Positions 61,526 to 64,000 of a stretch of DNA of 64,000 bases are shown here, piece by piece. Each line of letters starts with the position of its first letter. The stretch's first letter is position 1. The notes under the pieces are model-generated. The model made no database searches and had not been told where the DNA came from. It saw only the letters and a list, made by a program, of their open reading frames with translations. Source of the DNA: Botryllus schlosseri (taxonomy: Eukaryota); NCBI GenBank assembly GCA_051294905.1, contig CM119371.1:41480001-41544000 (forward strand), read 5' to 3'. A program made the translations under genes and the position numbers.

Positions 61526-62593
61526 GGGTCAGTACATTTCAGGTGCTCCATGCCAAATTCCCACCTTCTCGAAACGTCATGAAAATTGGCATACTTACAG
61601 AGCTTTGTTTTCTGATTTCAGAAATCTAAATTTCATCAAAAAAGGTCGACTAGAACCGAAGGTATGACCGTCCAAAAATTGCCATTTTTGTGATCGCTCA
61701 AACGGAAAAAATGGCAGAAATATATACATGTAACTTGAATTTGCCATAATTCGATCAAATTAAGGCTGTTGAGGGCGAAACTTTCACACTTGGTCATTTA
61801 CAGCACACTTAATGCATTTTCACCTTCTTTGACACCTGGGGCTGCCTAGTTTGACCTTTGAACCCATGCTTTCATTTATAATTTTTGAAGGCACTCATGC
61901 ATGACATCCGTTTTAATTGCAGATATCTCATGGCTAACAGGCGGTATCATCAAGTGTAAGATATCATTGGAAAGCTCGTGGAAAGCACTTTCAAAATCAA
62001 CAATAAAATTAGTGGATATTTCATCATCACATTAAAAAAAATTTGTTGCCAACAAGTGTTGAAAAAATTGTTGAATTTCGAAATATCAAATATCCAGTAA
62101 TTTTAATGCTGAATTTGATAGTCCTTGTCAAGAGCTTTCCAATGACACCTTACACTTGATGACACCACCTCTTAGCCAAAATATATTCGCAATTAAAAAT
62201 GACGGCACGCGTGAGGGATTTTTGAAGACATGAACAGAATCATGGGGTTGAAGGTCAGACTATGCAACCCCAGGTGTCGAAGAAGGGGACAAAGTATCAA
62301 GTAGGATGTAAATGAACAAGTGTGAAAGTGTCACCCTCAAAGACCCTAATTTGACCAAAATATAGCAAATTTAAATTGCGGGTGTAAAGTTCTGACGTTT
62401 TTTCCGTTTGAGCGAGCACAAAAACAGCAATTTTTGAACGTCCACATCTTCGGCTGTACTTGACCGATTTTTATAAAATTTGTTTTTCCGATATCAGAAA
62501 GAAAAGTTTTCCAGGCTTATCAATTTTCATGAAAATCTGAGATTGTGGGGGCACATTTCAATTTTTTCTGGAGCACCTGACATAATCTTACCC
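61526..62593. mobile_element. Sola2-like non-autonomous fold-back DNA transposon, second copy
   Basis: Same ends as 37812-38863 (GGGTCAGTACATTTCAGGTGCTCCA ... TGGAGCACCTGACATAATCTTACCC), with a different 4-bp TSD, AGCC. Confidence 0.75.
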
Positions 62594-62952
62594 AGCCACA
62601 TCGCTACCGTTATTTTCTCTTGTTTCACTTATAGGCCTATATTTGGAAAATTGAAGAAAAATTAACTTCCGATTGATTGATAATCTTCCTATGGTTTGAT
62701 CGACACTATAGTTGTATTCATTTGTAAATTCTCTCACAATATATTGTCAACAAACGTGATAACATCTCAAGTATAGCCTGCCTATATTCTACTTCATAGT
62801 AAATATAAGTATCATATCAACTGATACTGTGTTTGATAAAGTGGGGTAACAACTGAAGAAGCACCAAATTCAATGTGCTGAGGGCCTATAGCGGGCAAGC
62901 CGGGAAGATTAGTTTTAGTGATCAAATATTCATTCTTTAAACTGAGTCAGAT

Positions 62953-63022
62953 CCTGACCCGGCCGCGGATAGAACTCACAATATACCGCGTAAGAAGCTG
63001 CATCCTTTACCATTACCCTATC
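62953..63022 (-). mobile_element. Decayed SINE head fragment
   Basis: CTGACCCGGCC ... TACCATTACCCTATC resembles 41105-41173. Confidence 0.5.
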
Positions 63023-63265
63023 TCATTTGTCATACCAGCTATCCTGTTTCAATTACTATTCGACAGTCCGCTGTACAGCACCATCGTATTCGGCGATTTA
63101 GCAAATAAAAACAACTCTCTCCGTCGTTATCAACAATGGAGTTCGCGGCCGTCTGCTATTTGCTTACATCGAAGTTGATGCCGCCAACTTTACGATGCGT
63201 GACGAGCTAGAACAGTGGTTCCCAGCCTTTTTCGACCCGTCGGTCGTCGCCCCCCTTTCAAGCTC

Positions 63266-63656
63266 CATCATCATCATTGGTTTATTAGCAATTTTATCAG
63301 TTCAATACACCACAGAAATGCGATACAATGAAAGAAAGGAAGATGTCGAAGCGACTAGGTTGTCTATGGAATCTGACACCCACCTTGGCCTAGGCGATGT
63401 AAAGAGGAGGCATGCACACTGAATGAAGGTAAAGAAGAAAGCATAGAAAAAGAATGCGACAAGAAATAGGGCGGCATGTCATGGGAAGCGAGATCGATAG
63501 GTCAGTCGTGGTCCGGTAATCTTGAGGATGGACTGTATTTATTTAGTAGTAATTGCTTGTATTTCGACTTGAATGTGGACATGCTCGCCGACTGTCGGAT
63601 GGCCGGCGGGATACTGTTCCATACATCAGGTCCGGCATATTTGATGGAGCGATCAC
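63266..63656 (-). mobile_element. 5'-truncated L2/CR1-clade LINE 3' end
   Basis: Minus strand encodes DRSIKYAGPDVWNSIPPAIRQSASMSTFKSKYKQLLL (ORF2 C-terminal GPxxWNSLP...FK motif), then a 3' UTR, AATAAAC and an (ATG)n tail. Confidence 0.8.
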
Positions 63657-64000
63657 CGATCATCGCCCCCAAAATATTGAGAACCGAAAACGGGCATACA
63701 AACTGTCTTCAAAATAAAATGGCGTGCTTGCAAGATTTATGGCACCAAAATGAAGAAACATATTTTTATTAAAAACATATCACCTTCATTGGGACAAATG
63801 AAATTAGGGAAAATACTTCGGAATTTTTATTTCAAACGGCTGCTCACTAATTTGATGAGAATGACAACTTCAAATCGAAAAGGTTTTATCAGGGATATCT
63901 TGGGTCCCTGGGTTTTATAAACATTTCGAAGTCGCCCTGATTGACTTTACCATCTCCATGGTTTTATCATAGCAATTTACAATAACGTTGTAAATTGCTA

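Overview
Eukaryotic (animal) genomic DNA: AT-rich, GT-AG introns and dense transposon debris. An invertebrate chordate such as an ascidian is my inference, not something the sequence proves. Five protein-coding genes are all on the minus strand. From high to low coordinates they are: an intronless ankyrin + degenerate C2 protein (59119-60606); a 28-coding-exon cohesin SA/STAG gene (27157-56574) that I rebuilt exon by exon with consistent phases; a 2-exon CCDC47 (20240-24912); an intronless ORF with five Mind-bomb SH3-like repeats (8606-10867); and a MARVEL-like membrane protein (889-1437). Introns and intergenic DNA carry hAT MITEs with 8-bp TSDs, Sola2-like, piggyBac-like and Tc1/mariner-like non-autonomous elements, tRNA-derived SINEs, L2/CR1 and BEL/Pao remnants, and minisatellites. 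Two signals stand out. (1) A 1758-nt phase-symmetric exon adds about 586 disordered residues with YDF/FQF/FGF motifs to the STAG C-terminus, a possible built-in cohesin-regulator mimic. (2) Penelope-like 3' ends carry minimal type I hammerhead ribozymes with an extra 6-bp pseudoknot, and their cores are intact only antisense to the host genes. All calls are from manual reading; no database search or folding computation was run.
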